DNA of 64,000 nt from contig JBMOPW010000014.1 in NCBI GenBank assembly GCA_049322915.1, positions 32,001 to 96,000 of the forward strand, written 5' to 3'. The position numbers were made by a program, and so were the translations under genes. Shown here one piece after another: positions 41,528-51,237 of this stretch; within the stretch, counting starts at the first letter, position 1; each line of letters starts with the position of its first letter. Origin of the DNA: Candidatus Zhuqueibacterota bacterium. Its GTDB lineage: Bacteria > Zhuqueibacterota > Zhuqueibacteria > Thermofontimicrobiales > Thermofontimicrobiaceae. The notes under the pieces were generated by a model. It made no database searches. It was not told the origin of the DNA and worked only from the letters and a program-made list of their open reading frames with translations.

Positions 41528-44008
41528 TCATAAAAGAGAGACCGGATCGATGTCGATTTGTATCTTGATGGTGCGAAACCGGTGTTGGGCTTTGAAACGA
41601 ATGAGGGCGTCATGGAGTTGTTGCCGGAGAAATTTGCCGGAAGCATCTTCGTGTTTGCTGTTTTTGATAATAATCTGCCAACGAAATAGTTTTTGAATTT
41701 TGGAAATGGGTGCAGGAATGGGTCCCATCACCTGACCGATATGCTCGGGAATGTTGATCGATTCTCTAAATTTTTCAGCCGCGGCGATGACCTTTGGTTC
41801 GTCCTCGCCTTTGATGAGAATATAAACCAATCTGCCGAATGGCGGATAGTTCAACTCTCGCCGGCCCGGAAGTTCATCATTGAAAAAGCCTTTAAAATTG
41901 TGGTGCCGGGCGAATTGCAGGCTTTTACTGTCCGGGGAATAGGTTTGAATGAAAACCTGACCGCTCAGTTTTTTTCGGCCAGCACGACCGGCGACCTGGG
42001 TGATCAATTGAAAAGTTCGCTCCGAAGCCCGGAAATCCGGTAAGAGCAGGCTGGTATCGGCTGAAATGACTCCGACGAGCGTTACATTTTCAAAGTCCAA
42101 ACCTTTGGCGACCATCTGTGTCCCCAACAGGATATTGTATTTGCCGCTGCCAAAGTCCTTCAAAATTTTGTTGTGCGCCCATTTCTGGCTGGTCGTATCG
42201 AGATCCATTCGGATGCAGCGGGCGGTTGGAAAAAGTCGGGTAATCTCTTTATCGACTTTCTGCGTGCCAATTCCCTGATATTGGATATTCGAACTGCCAC
42301 ATTGCCGGCATGATTCCGGCGCTTGTTTTGTAAAATTGCAGTAATGGCAGCGAAGCGTTTTATTGGTCAAATGATAGGTCAAGGTGATATTGCAATTTTC
42401 GCACATTTCAATGAAGCCGCAGTCTTTGCACTGGATGAACGTCGAATAGCCGCGTCGATTTTGCAGCAGGATCATTTGCTGCCCCAACTCCAGTCGTTGC
42501 TGAATGGCGATTTGCAATTCTTTGGAGAAAATGGAGACGTCCTGTTTGGGGTAACGGCGCTTTTGGACTTTCATGTCGATCAGTTCCACGGTGGGCATGG
42601 AGATATTCTCGATGCGGCGCGGCAATTCGATCAATTGATATTTCTTCGTTTTGGCGTTGTAATAGGACTCCAACGAAGGAGTGGCCGAGCCGAGAATGAC
42701 GACTGCCTCGTTCCGCATCCCGCGATACACCGCGACGTCTCTGGCATGATACAGGGGCTGGGAGTCATACTGTTTGTACGAGGACTCGTGCTCTTCATCC
42801 ACAACGATTAGGCCGAGATTTTGCAGCGGCGCAAAGATGGCTGAGCGCGGCCCCACCGCAATTTTGAATTCATGGTTGCGGAGCTTCCGCCAGGAGTCGA
42901 AGCGCTCACCCGGGGACATTCGGCTGTGAAGCACGGCAACCAGATTGGGAAAATTTTGTGTGAATCGCGCCACGGTCTGGGGCGTGAGCGAAATTTCCGG
43001 AACCAGCACGATAGCGGTTTTACCCTTCTCCAGCACATGGCGGATGGACTCGATGTACACCTGGGTCTTCCCGCTCCCGGTCACTCCGAAAACAAGAAAG
43101 GTCGAGAATTTGCCTGTGTCGATTTGTTTTTCGATCTGCTGAACCGCCGCCGCCTGATCGCTGTTGAGTTCAAACTTTTCCCCCGGCTGCATCGGCTGGG
43201 AGGGAAAGTAGGAACGGAAGACTTCTTTCTGATATTTAACAAGGTAGCCCTTATCCGCCAGCGTCTTGAGAATGCTGCTGCCGAAGCCGCCGCTTCGCAG
43301 CATTGCAGTCTGGGAAATTTCTTTCTGCCCGAACAGGATTTTTAAACAGGTGATTTGCGACGTCGCCGATTTTGGCAACTGCTCAAGGGCGCGATTGAAA
43401 TCAGTCGGATCGATCAAGCGCTCGGAGAGCCTGAGCCATGTTTCGTACTTAATATTCGCAGTCGCGCGGGTCAGCGAAGTGTCCTGGACAATTAATCCTG
43501 CCTGGACCAGTTTCTGGATGGTTAGCGACAGCGACGGGAATTTGAATTTCTTTCGGATTTGTTGAACCGATATCTGCCGATTCTCCAGCAGCAGACGGAG
43601 TAATTTTTCCTGTCCGGGCGCCCTGTTCGCCTGAAGATAGTCATTCACTTCGTCCTCGGTTTTAATGAGTTTGAGAAGTCGCTGCGATTCCAAATTAATA
43701 CCGCCAGGCAACATGGCTTTTATCACTTCTCCCAGCGGAGCGATGTAATATTCCGAAATCCAGAGGGCGAGCTGGAGCAGTTCCGGCAGCAGTGCGGGCT
43801 GTTCGTCAAGGAGATCGTAAATTGGTTTCAAATCCTCCCGCTCACAATGCTGATTCACGGATACCACATAACCGGTAATCCTCTTTCGCTTTCCCAACGG
43901 AATGAGCACACGCGCTCCGGGAAGAACCAAGTCCTCCAGGGCGGCTGGAATTTCGTAGGTGTAAGTTTGAAAAATGGGCAATGGAATGGCGACGTCAGCG
44001 TATTTCAT
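41528..44008 (-). CDS. priA: Primosomal protein N'
   Basis: GVTGSGKT, PEISLT, DEEH, four CxxC pairs, KGLDF, QVAGRAGR. Confidence 0.97.
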   Translation of the reverse strand: MKYADVAIPLPIFQTYTYEIPAALEDLVLPGARVLIPLGKRKRITGYVVSVNQHCEREDLKPIYDLLDEQPALLPELLQLALWISEYYIAPLGEVIKAMLPGGINLESQRLLKLIKTEDEVNDYLQANRAPGQEKLLRLLLENRQISVQQIRKKFKFPSLSLTIQKLVQAGLIVQDTSLTRATANIKYETWLRLSERLIDPTDFNRALEQLPKSATSQITCLKILFGQKEISQTAMLRSGGFGSSILKTLADKGYLVKYQKEVFRSYFPSQPMQPGEKFELNSDQAAAVQQIEKQIDTGKFSTFLVFGVTGSGKTQVYIESIRHVLEKGKTAIVLVPEISLTPQTVARFTQNFPNLVAVLHSRMSPGERFDSWRKLRNHEFKIAVGPRSAIFAPLQNLGLIVVDEEHESSYKQYDSQPLYHARDVAVYRGMRNEAVVILGSATPSLESYYNAKTKKYQLIELPRRIENISMPTVELIDMKVQKRRYPKQDVSIFSKELQIAIQQRLELGQQMILLQNRRGYSTFIQCKDCGFIEMCENCNITLTYHLTNKTLRCHYCNFTKQAPESCRQCGSSNIQYQGIGTQKVDKEITRLFPTARCIRMDLDTTSQKWAHNKILKDFGSGKYNILLGTQMVAKGLDFENVTLVGVISADTSLLLPDFRASERTFQLITQVAGRAGRKKLSGQVFIQTYSPDSKSLQFARHHNFKGFFNDELPGRRELNYPPFGRLVYILIKGEDEPKVIAAAEKFRESINIPEHIGQVMGPIPAPISKIQKLFRWQIIIKNSKHEDASGKFLRQQLHDALIRFKAQHRFRTIKIQIDIDPVSLL

Positions 44009-44152
44009 GTTTGGATTTTCTCATATTAAAACAGCGACCTTCGGGCGATGAACCTTTCAACTCGTGGGTAAGTTAAAAAAAACAAAACTAATTTGCAATT
44101 GAAAATTATCAAGACAAGAATCATTACTCGATCACTTTTTGGGGTTGCAGAA

Positions 44153-46147
44153 ATGGTGATAAAACGAATCGTAATCATCGCGCTGCTCCTGACAGCATCG
44201 CAGAGTTTGCCGGGACAGGAGAAATATTGGATTTATTTCACGGACAGAGGCGCTGGTAAGTCCCGGTCAGCGCTGTTAAAATCGAATGAGGACAGCCAAT
44301 TGTCCGAACGCGCGCGTCACAGAAGGGCCAGGATGATGCCCGAACACCAAATCATCGAGGAAAACGATCTGCCTCTTCATGCAGCGTACGTCGAACAGAT
44401 AGAGTCAATGGGAGTGAAATCCATAGTGCAGTCGCGCTGGCTCAATGCGATGAGCGCATGGCTGACGGAGTCCCAGCGGACGGAAATTTCCAATCAACAT
44501 TTTGTGAAAAAAGTCACTCCCGTGCTTCGCTTCACCAGAAAGTTGCCGGCGGCGAAGAAACAGGAAACGCTCGAAAAGTCCCGGAGTTACCAACTCGACT
44601 ATGGTGCTTCGCTGGATCAGAATGAACTGATGCGCGTGCCGGAAGTCCATGATTTAGGTCTGGATGGTAGTGACGTGATCGTTGGTATGCTGGATACCGG
44701 ATTTGATTACAAGGATCACGAGGCGTTTGCGCATTTGCAGGTTGCGGCTGAATATGATTTCATCAACAACGACAGCACGACGCAGAATGAAGAGCAGAAT
44801 AATGATTGGTCGAGCCAGATTAACCACGGCACATTGACGCTTTCAGCCATCGGTGGATTCAAATCCGGTGAACTGATTGGCCCGGCGTTCGGCGCGACAT
44901 ATTTTTTAGCCAAGACAGAAGATGTGCGCAGCGAGACTGAAGTCGAAGAGGATTTCTGGGTCGCCGGCATCGAATGGCTGGAGCGGCAGGGCGTCGACGT
45001 GGTGAATAGTTCGCTGGGATACAATAATTGGTATTCCTACCCGGACATGGACGGTACGACGGCAACGACGACCATTGCCGCCGGGATTGCCGTGAGCAAG
45101 GGAGTCGTCGTCGTCAATAGCGCCGGCAACGAGGGCAACGATAGTTGGCGATATGTGATCGCCCCGGCCGATGGCTTCAACGTGATTGCCGTGGGCGCTG
45201 TTTTCAGCACCGGCGACCTGGTGGAATTTAGCTCCCGCGGTCCAACCTATGACGGACGAATCAAACCAGACGTGATGGCGCAGGGCTGGAGCGTGCATTC
45301 CGTGCAGCCCGGCACGCTGGCGGATTACGGCGGGGCAAGCGGCACATCGTTGGCCAGTCCGCTGGTGGCCGGTGTCGCCGCTCTGGTGCTGCAGGCGCAT
45401 CCATATTTAACGCCGAGCCAGGTCCGCGACGCGTTGAGGAACACGGCCAGTCTCGCCAATTCACCGAACAATGATTTCGGCTGGGGAATTGTCGACGCGT
45501 ACGAAGCTATTTTCTACCACGGTTTATTTTTCAGCCGTATGCCGGAGATTTCAACTCAGGAGACTATTGGTCATCCGGTGATCATTCAGGTATTTTCAAA
45601 ACAGGAAATTGACGGAGATTCTGTCGCTTTATTTTATTCCGCAGAAGGAGGCGCATTTCAGAAATTGAAGATGCAGGCTTCAGGTCAACCCCACGAGTTT
45701 GAAGCGGTTATTCCGCTTCAGCCGCGTGGCGCGAAAATCGATTTTTATTTTTATGCCAATGACAGCGAAACTGCAAAATTCAACCCATTCAAAGCGCCGG
45801 ATGCCTTTTTCACATACATCGCTTATGACACCACGGTGATACCGCCATCAGAGCCATTGCCGGAAGCGTTTCAGCTTTATCAGAATTATCCCAATCCATT
45901 TCAGACAATCACGACCATTTCCTATGACATTCTGGAACCGGGAAATGCGTCGTTGACGATTTTTAATATCCTGGGACAGCGGGTTCGAGCCTTCAATGCC
46001 GGATATCATGAGCGAAATAATTATAAAGTGATCTGGGATGGCCTCGATGAACAGGGACGTCGGATTGCTGCCGGAATTTATTTCGTTCAATTGAAAACCG
46101 ATCATTATTCAACTGCGAAGCGAGTGATCTTTCTGGGTTCGAAATGA
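44153..46147 (+). CDS. Secreted subtilisin-family (S8) peptidase with C-terminal FlgD/T9SS-like domain
   Basis: Catalytic triad LDTG, HGT, GTSLASP; SAGNEG; QNYPNPF...WDG. Confidence 0.93.
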   Translation: MVIKRIVIIALLLTASQSLPGQEKYWIYFTDRGAGKSRSALLKSNEDSQLSERARHRRARMMPEHQIIEENDLPLHAAYVEQIESMGVKSIVQSRWLNAMSAWLTESQRTEISNQHFVKKVTPVLRFTRKLPAAKKQETLEKSRSYQLDYGASLDQNELMRVPEVHDLGLDGSDVIVGMLDTGFDYKDHEAFAHLQVAAEYDFINNDSTTQNEEQNNDWSSQINHGTLTLSAIGGFKSGELIGPAFGATYFLAKTEDVRSETEVEEDFWVAGIEWLERQGVDVVNSSLGYNNWYSYPDMDGTTATTTIAAGIAVSKGVVVVNSAGNEGNDSWRYVIAPADGFNVIAVGAVFSTGDLVEFSSRGPTYDGRIKPDVMAQGWSVHSVQPGTLADYGGASGTSLASPLVAGVAALVLQAHPYLTPSQVRDALRNTASLANSPNNDFGWGIVDAYEAIFYHGLFFSRMPEISTQETIGHPVIIQVFSKQEIDGDSVALFYSAEGGAFQKLKMQASGQPHEFEAVIPLQPRGAKIDFYFYANDSETAKFNPFKAPDAFFTYIAYDTTVIPPSEPLPEAFQLYQNYPNPFQTITTISYDILEPGNASLTIFNILGQRVRAFNAGYHERNNYKVIWDGLDEQGRRIAAGIYFVQLKTDHYSTAKRVIFLGSK

Positions 46148-46317
46148 TTGCCTCAGAATTTCAGGGATTGGCTGTTACGATGGGCTCCGCGCCGGGCCTG
46201 TCTCGCCAGGATATTCGATGTCCTCAATAAATTGACCTGAATACAATTGCATTCAAACGAAAAAAGGAATAACACCTTCATGTTATTCCTTTTTCAATTT
46301 CCGAAAGACGCTTCAGA

Positions 46318-47598
46318 TTATTTATACCTGATCCAGGTGAGCACTTCGGGCAATGTCGGCCGCTTGCCGTACATTAAAATGCCGACTCGGAATATTTTAC
46401 CCGCCAGCCAGATGAGAAATAGGATGGTCAGCACCAGGATGATGATTGAAATTAGAATCTCGATAAATGGCGGAGTCAGGACTGAAATTCGTGTGAACAT
46501 CGTTATCGGCGAAAAGAATGGAATGTAGGACAGGATAACGCTCAGATTGGCCGAGGGATTTTTGATGATGTAGAAGGCCGAGAAAAATGCCAACATGATG
46601 ATCATAATGACTGGAAACTGCAGTTGCTGGGCGTCCTGATCCGAGTCAACCATGGCGCCCAATGCGGCGTAGAGCGTCGCAAATAGCAGGTAGCCGAGAA
46701 TGAAATAAATGACAAAATAGACCAGCACGGAAATCGGGATGGTCGGCATCGGTACTTCGGAAGCTGACGGAACCAGCGCCTTGATAATACTGCCGCTGTA
46801 GAAAGTGAGCAGTCCGGCAAAGGCGGCCCAAATCAGATATTGCGTCAGCCCCACCGCGCCAATTCCCATCACTTTTCCTGCCATGAGTTGAAACGGCTTG
46901 CACGAGGAAATAATGACCTCTACCACGCGGGAAAGCTTTTCCTCGTAGACGCTCCGCATCACAAACGCGCCATACATAATCAGCGCCATATACAGAAACA
47001 TCACCATGATGAAGGTGACCGCAAAGGAGAGCCCCACGTCCTCCTTCTCCTCGCCTCCCTTGGCGACTTTGAAGGTTTTCAGATTCACGCGCTTGGTGAG
47101 GTCGTGAATTATTTTCGGATCCAGATTGCTCTGCTTGAGGCGATACTCAGTGATAATTCCGGTAATGGCATTTTGGAACGTCCGGTTTTCATCAAAATTA
47201 CTCACGCTCTTCGCGTAGAATTCGCTGATGTTGTTCTCGATAATGTCCGCCGGGATGATGAAATAACCATCAATTTGATTCAAATCAACAGACTGGCTGA
47301 GTTCGCTTTTAACTGCGGGCAAATTTTCTTCCGACGCCTGAACCTGTGTGAACTCATACAATCGCCGGCCATCCCCGGTTGTGTCACTCAGGGAAGCGAC
47401 CAGTTTCTCGTAAACCAGGCCGCTGAGATCGACCACGGAGACATGTTTTACTTTTTCTGATTTTAAATTCATCAAAAGCCCGGGCCCGATGGAAATGAGA
47501 ATGATGAACAACGGCGTCAATGCGGTTCCGATGATAAAACCTTTCGTCTTCACCCGGGTGAGATATTCGCGTTTGAATATAGTCCAGAATTTATTCAC
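46318..47598 (-). CDS. ABC-2 type permease (NatB/YhaP-like)
   Basis: KREY...K.KGF, EEK.SRVVE, GKVMG, PFFSP; GTG start overlaps the ATPase stop. Confidence 0.9.
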   Translation of the reverse strand: MNKFWTIFKREYLTRVKTKGFIIGTALTPLFIILISIGPGLLMNLKSEKVKHVSVVDLSGLVYEKLVASLSDTTGDGRRLYEFTQVQASEENLPAVKSELSQSVDLNQIDGYFIIPADIIENNISEFYAKSVSNFDENRTFQNAITGIITEYRLKQSNLDPKIIHDLTKRVNLKTFKVAKGGEEKEDVGLSFAVTFIMVMFLYMALIMYGAFVMRSVYEEKLSRVVEVIISSCKPFQLMAGKVMGIGAVGLTQYLIWAAFAGLLTFYSGSIIKALVPSASEVPMPTIPISVLVYFVIYFILGYLLFATLYAALGAMVDSDQDAQQLQFPVIMIIMLAFFSAFYIIKNPSANLSVILSYIPFFSPITMFTRISVLTPPFIEILISIIILVLTILFLIWLAGKIFRVGILMYGKRPTLPEVLTWIRYK

Positions 47599-48508
47599 GG
47601 GTTGCCTCCCCTTGTTTCTTGGTGACGGTTTCGATAAATATTTCGTGAAGCGACAATTCCATGATTTCAAACCGGTTGATCGTCACTTCCTGAATAGCGG
47701 CCTTGAGCACCTGCTGAATGGTTGCGGAGTCGGACGGATGAATAACCGTAAATTTTTCATTCTCCTCGAACGCGCTGACAAGTTTCTTGTCGTTCAAAAA
47801 TTTCGCCGATCCCTCAAATTCCATTCGGATGCTGTTTTTCCTGTATCTCTTTTTGATCTCGGACAAGTTCCCGCTCAGCACGACTCGGCCATGATTGATC
47901 AGGCAGATGGAATCGCACAGCTTTTCAACCTGCTCCATGAGATGCGTGGAAAAGATGATGGTGGAACCGCTGTTTTTCTGTTCCAGCATGACGTCTTTGA
48001 TGAGCTCGCTATTCACAGGGTCCAGGCCGGTGAACGGTTCGTCCAGAATTATCAGCCTGGGATTGTGGATGACAGTGGAAATGAACTGGATTTTTTGCTG
48101 CATGCCACGCGACAAAGCTTCCAACTTTTTATCGATCCATTCAGACATCTCAAAACGTTCCAGCCATAATTTAATGCGGGCTTTGGCATCGGATGGTTTT
48201 ACGCCTTTCATCTCGGCTAAAAAAACAATGAGCTCTCCCACTTTCATTTTTTTGTAAAGACCGCGCTCCTCCGGCAGATACCCAACATTGTTCCGTAGTT
48301 CCTGTGAGTTTGGCTTCCCAAATAAGCTGATTTTACCCTTGTCCGGAATAATGATGTCCATAATCATGCGGATGGTCGTGGTTTTCCCTGCGCCGTTGGG
48401 ACCTAACAGGCCGAAGATAACGCCGGGGGGAAGCTCCAGATTGAGATCCTGTACCGCATTGACATCTTTAAAGGATTTGTAGACATGTTCAATACTTAGA
48501 ATAGACAC
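47591..48508 (-). CDS. ABC transporter ATP-binding protein (YhaQ-like)
   Basis: GPNGAGKTT, LSRGMQQ, LDEPF, STH. Confidence 0.95.
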   Translation of the reverse strand: MSILSIEHVYKSFKDVNAVQDLNLELPPGVIFGLLGPNGAGKTTTIRMIMDIIIPDKGKISLFGKPNSQELRNNVGYLPEERGLYKKMKVGELIVFLAEMKGVKPSDAKARIKLWLERFEMSEWIDKKLEALSRGMQQKIQFISTVIHNPRLIILDEPFTGLDPVNSELIKDVMLEQKNSGSTIIFSTHLMEQVEKLCDSICLINHGRVVLSGNLSEIKKRYRKNSIRMEFEGSAKFLNDKKLVSAFEENEKFTVIHPSDSATIQQVLKAAIQEVTINRFEIMELSLHEIFIETVTKKQGEATRE

Positions 48509-48811
48509 ATTTCCCTCCTGTTTGTAGTTTTGATTTTGATCGTTCGAGCCAGGTTTATGCAGGTAATATTATACTGAAATTATAAAAAAAGTTACACGAT
48601 TCATTGCCGTCGGGTTCACCAAAGAGTATGCAACCGGCGTGCAATCCCGCCCATAGTCAGGCAACGCCGCCCCGCCGTAGAATTGCCGTGCAATGATGTT
48701 CGGGCCTTTTTGATGGAAGCTCACAATTTCGTTTCTGGAAAAGGGCATCCCTTACTCTCTAATACAAAGGGACAAGCGAACCATTTGTCCTGCTGCCCGC
48801 CGGTGATTTAT

Positions 48812-48874
48812 TCCATTTTTATCATTCAGCAATTTCAAGAATTCTTTGAAGTCTGGAGGTAGCACCATGGCCAT
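48812..48874 (-). pseudogene. Truncated N-terminus of a nucleotidyltransferase-like gene
   Basis: MAMVLPPDFKEFLKLLNDKNG resembles the start of small nucleotidyltransferase-like proteins (recalled, not searched); similarity is lost after ~21 codons. Confidence 0.5.
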
Positions 48875-49023
48875 AATTAATCCTTACTTAAAAATTCTAT
48901 ATGTTGCATTCGTTCAATGGGTGTTCGGGAAAGCCAATAATCTTTATCATTGGATTGATCTGATAACGAGACAACTGAAAAGAAGCGCTTGTCCAATTTT
49001 AAATCATTCAAATTTTTATCCAT
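48822..49023 (-). pseudogene. Frameshifted small hypothetical gene (partner of the nucleotidyltransferase-like gene)
   Basis: MDKNL...DYWLSRTPIERMQHIEFL, then a shifted frame continues RINYGHGATSRLQRILEIAE*. Confidence 0.55.
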
Positions 49024-49073
49024 ACAATTAACTCACGATCTTTTTTTGTTGATGATACATTCAGATTCCAAAT

Positions 49074-49140
49074 TGCGAACGTAACGAATCACTGGCTTTC
49101 AAGATGCGCAGCGAATTGAAAATCCAGTGCATTCGATTGT
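49074..49140 (-). mobile_element. Integron attC site (its R'' box is split; the remainder lies at 49856-49860 beyond the intron)
   Basis: With the intron removed, the minus strand reads CTCTAAC-AAT-CGAAT(G)CACTGG-...-CCAGTGATTCG-TTAC-GTTCGCA: R'', L'' with extrahelical G, L', R'. Confidence 0.8.
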
Positions 49141-49855
49141 GTGTGCCTGGCATGGCGCGTGTATGTTTAATCTAATTGAATATACACAAATTATCCAGAG
49201 GGTGCAAGTCTCTTATGAGCGAGTTGGTGAAGCCCATTAGTAAGCCGCAAGGGCGTTCCGGGTGACCGGAAATCTGAAAGCCGAAGGTGCGACTTGGCGT
49301 GAAGCGGGACTGCAAGAATCTGTCCGGACGAATCCGCCTTAGGCGGATAGATGCAGCCGACATAGACTCAACGGATAAGCGTCTTACTCAGGGATATCTA
49401 CTCAATTCAGCCAAGGCGGACTGGACTTAACATACATAGTTCCGGATGGGGCTCAACCGAATACCATGCCCTGGCCTGATCGGTGGCTATTGCCAATCAG
49501 GAGCCTTCGGGATACCACGAACCACAATAGCAATGCATGTTGAGTTTCATAGTCCGTCAGTTGGTGAATGATTGAGTAGAAGTCAGCCGAAGCCATAGTA
49601 GCCAAACGCCAGTGGTAATGCGCTGGACATAGCGAAGCCTAGTCCTGAGCTTGGCGAAGGAGGCTGAACATTAACCCGTTCTGGATTGATTTGGGATGAA
49701 CATGGACGAATGGTAGTTTCCAAGTCCTGTTCAAGCCCAGTTTAAGAAAGAACACAGTCAATACACACTTGACTCATGGTTAATGAACCGTCCCGAAGCG
49801 TCGGGATGGTGCGAGATGCGCACTCCGGTCTATTGGCCGGAGCCTCCTAGTCGAT
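49141..49855 (+). mobile_element. ORF-less group IIC(-attC) intron
   Basis: 5' GTGTGCCTGGCATGGCG; AGAAGTCAGCCGAAGCCATAGTAG; short D4 bounded by ATTAACC/GGTTAAT; D5 GAACCG...; 3' end CCTCCTAGTCGAT; inserted at TTGT|TAG of the attC bottom strand. Confidence 0.85.
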
Positions 49856-49862
49856 TAGAGTG

Positions 49863-51014
49863 CTATAAGAACTTGTATCTATAAACTTTTACGCGATTTA
49901 CTCCGAACTCATCAATATGCAAGGCGTATACTTTATTTCTCCTGATATAATATGGCATCACTTTGCTACCATTCCATTTAAAAAAAACCTTTTTGATATA
50001 TATTCCATCACTGTTGAAAATATCATATGTGTATCCCTCTCCCTCATCTTCAAAGGTGAGTACCCAAAAATTGTTCTTATCGTCTGTGAGAAAACGGAAA
50101 TAGGATATTCGAAATGCTGGCTTTTTATCCGGAATTAACTTTTGATCGAAAGGATTGACCGATAATTTCATTTTTTCAGATTCAGTCACCTCTACAGGCC
50201 TCCATTTACGACCGAACAGTAATTTCAAATTCCCATTTTTATCAAAGACTGAAAACTTATACATATCAGATTTGCCAATGATAAGCTCCCCGTTTTGCCT
50301 CAACGCATAATTAACCGATCCGCTTTCGTATCCCGTTCTCCACAGTCCGCCACGTGTCATAGGAGTACCATTCTGTCCTTTTAATTGAGTGATTTGATTT
50401 ATCTTCGAATTGTCCGCATTATATCTTGAGAAAGATATCGTTTCCTCCCCTGTAGAATAATTCCAATTCTCTCTTACCGAATAAAAGTAGACATCGTTCT
50501 CATCAATCCCTATTAATTCGCGACTAAAGCCAATTTGAAAGGAATTAATGAAATCATTGTTGTTTGAAAAGCGACTGATTCTTGATCCATTTCCATATTC
50601 ATGCACTACTATCCTGTTTTGACTTTCGAAGAACACCCTTGCCGGCTCAATGAACTCTCCCGGACCTTGACCTTTCCGGCCAATTATAGAAACAAAAACT
50701 CCTGAACTATCATATATTTTTACCACATTATCTGAATAATCAACTACATAGATATTGCCTGATGGATCAATATTGATATCTTTGATAGTATTAAAGGTAC
50801 TTTCAATTGTTCCATCCTTTTCCCCGATAGAAAGTAATTCTATTAATTCAATTGAACTGGATCTATTTTTAGGATAACTGGGATTAAAAACAGTTTGAAT
50901 ATTCTCCCGTTTTCCAATTTTTACTGGATACTCACTTCTGCCACAATTGAATGCTTGGAAAATAACAATAAAATATAGACCGAGAAAAATCGGTTTATTC
51001 ATCATTATCACCAT
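49863..51014 (-). CDS. 6-bladed beta-propeller (NHL-like) lipoprotein; integron gene cassette
   Basis: Lipobox-like QAFN-C; IGRKGQGPGEF; visibly AT-rich; the stop codon is 2 nt from the attC R'' box. Confidence 0.85.
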   Translation of the reverse strand: MVIMMNKPIFLGLYFIVIFQAFNCGRSEYPVKIGKRENIQTVFNPSYPKNRSSSIELIELLSIGEKDGTIESTFNTIKDINIDPSGNIYVVDYSDNVVKIYDSSGVFVSIIGRKGQGPGEFIEPARVFFESQNRIVVHEYGNGSRISRFSNNNDFINSFQIGFSRELIGIDENDVYFYSVRENWNYSTGEETISFSRYNADNSKINQITQLKGQNGTPMTRGGLWRTGYESGSVNYALRQNGELIIGKSDMYKFSVFDKNGNLKLLFGRKWRPVEVTESEKMKLSVNPFDQKLIPDKKPAFRISYFRFLTDDKNNFWVLTFEDEGEGYTYDIFNSDGIYIKKVFFKWNGSKVMPYYIRRNKVYALHIDEFGVNRVKVYRYKFL

Positions 51015-51022
51015 TTTTCACC

Positions 51023-51054
51023 TCATAACAACTAATTCTACAAACCTGTATAAC
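51023..51054 (-). other. Possible cassette 5' recombination core (attI-like or secondary site)
   Basis: Minus strand GTTATACAGGTTTGTAGAATTAGTT-GTTATGA; the GTT core is immediately followed by the RBS and ATG of the cassette gene. Confidence 0.4.
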
Positions 51055-51159
51055 CTCACCATACAATTTAAAATTTCTATTCGAAAAATCAATAAAAATA
51101 TTTGCTTCAGTTGAGCACGGGTAATGGATCAAAATATTTTGGCAGAGCGGAATAATATG

Positions 51160-51191
51160 AAAAACGGGATGTTGTCAGGAAACATCCGGTT
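51160..51191 (-). terminator. Probable terminator after the patatin gene
   Basis: Minus strand AACCGGATGTT-tcctgac-AACATCCCGTTTTT. Confidence 0.5.
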
Positions 51192-51237
51192 CCTATCTAA
51201 AATTGATGAAATGGAAAAAGTTAAATCGATTTAAAAC

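Noticed and set aside
48626..48641. Sigma-54-like element TTGCACGCCGGTTGCA upstream of the ABC ATPase
   Set aside because: Lacks the invariant -24 GG.
48846..49363. ORFs 48846..49031 (+) and 49172..49363 (-)
   Set aside because: They are antisense shadows of the decayed cassette gene and of intron domain 1.
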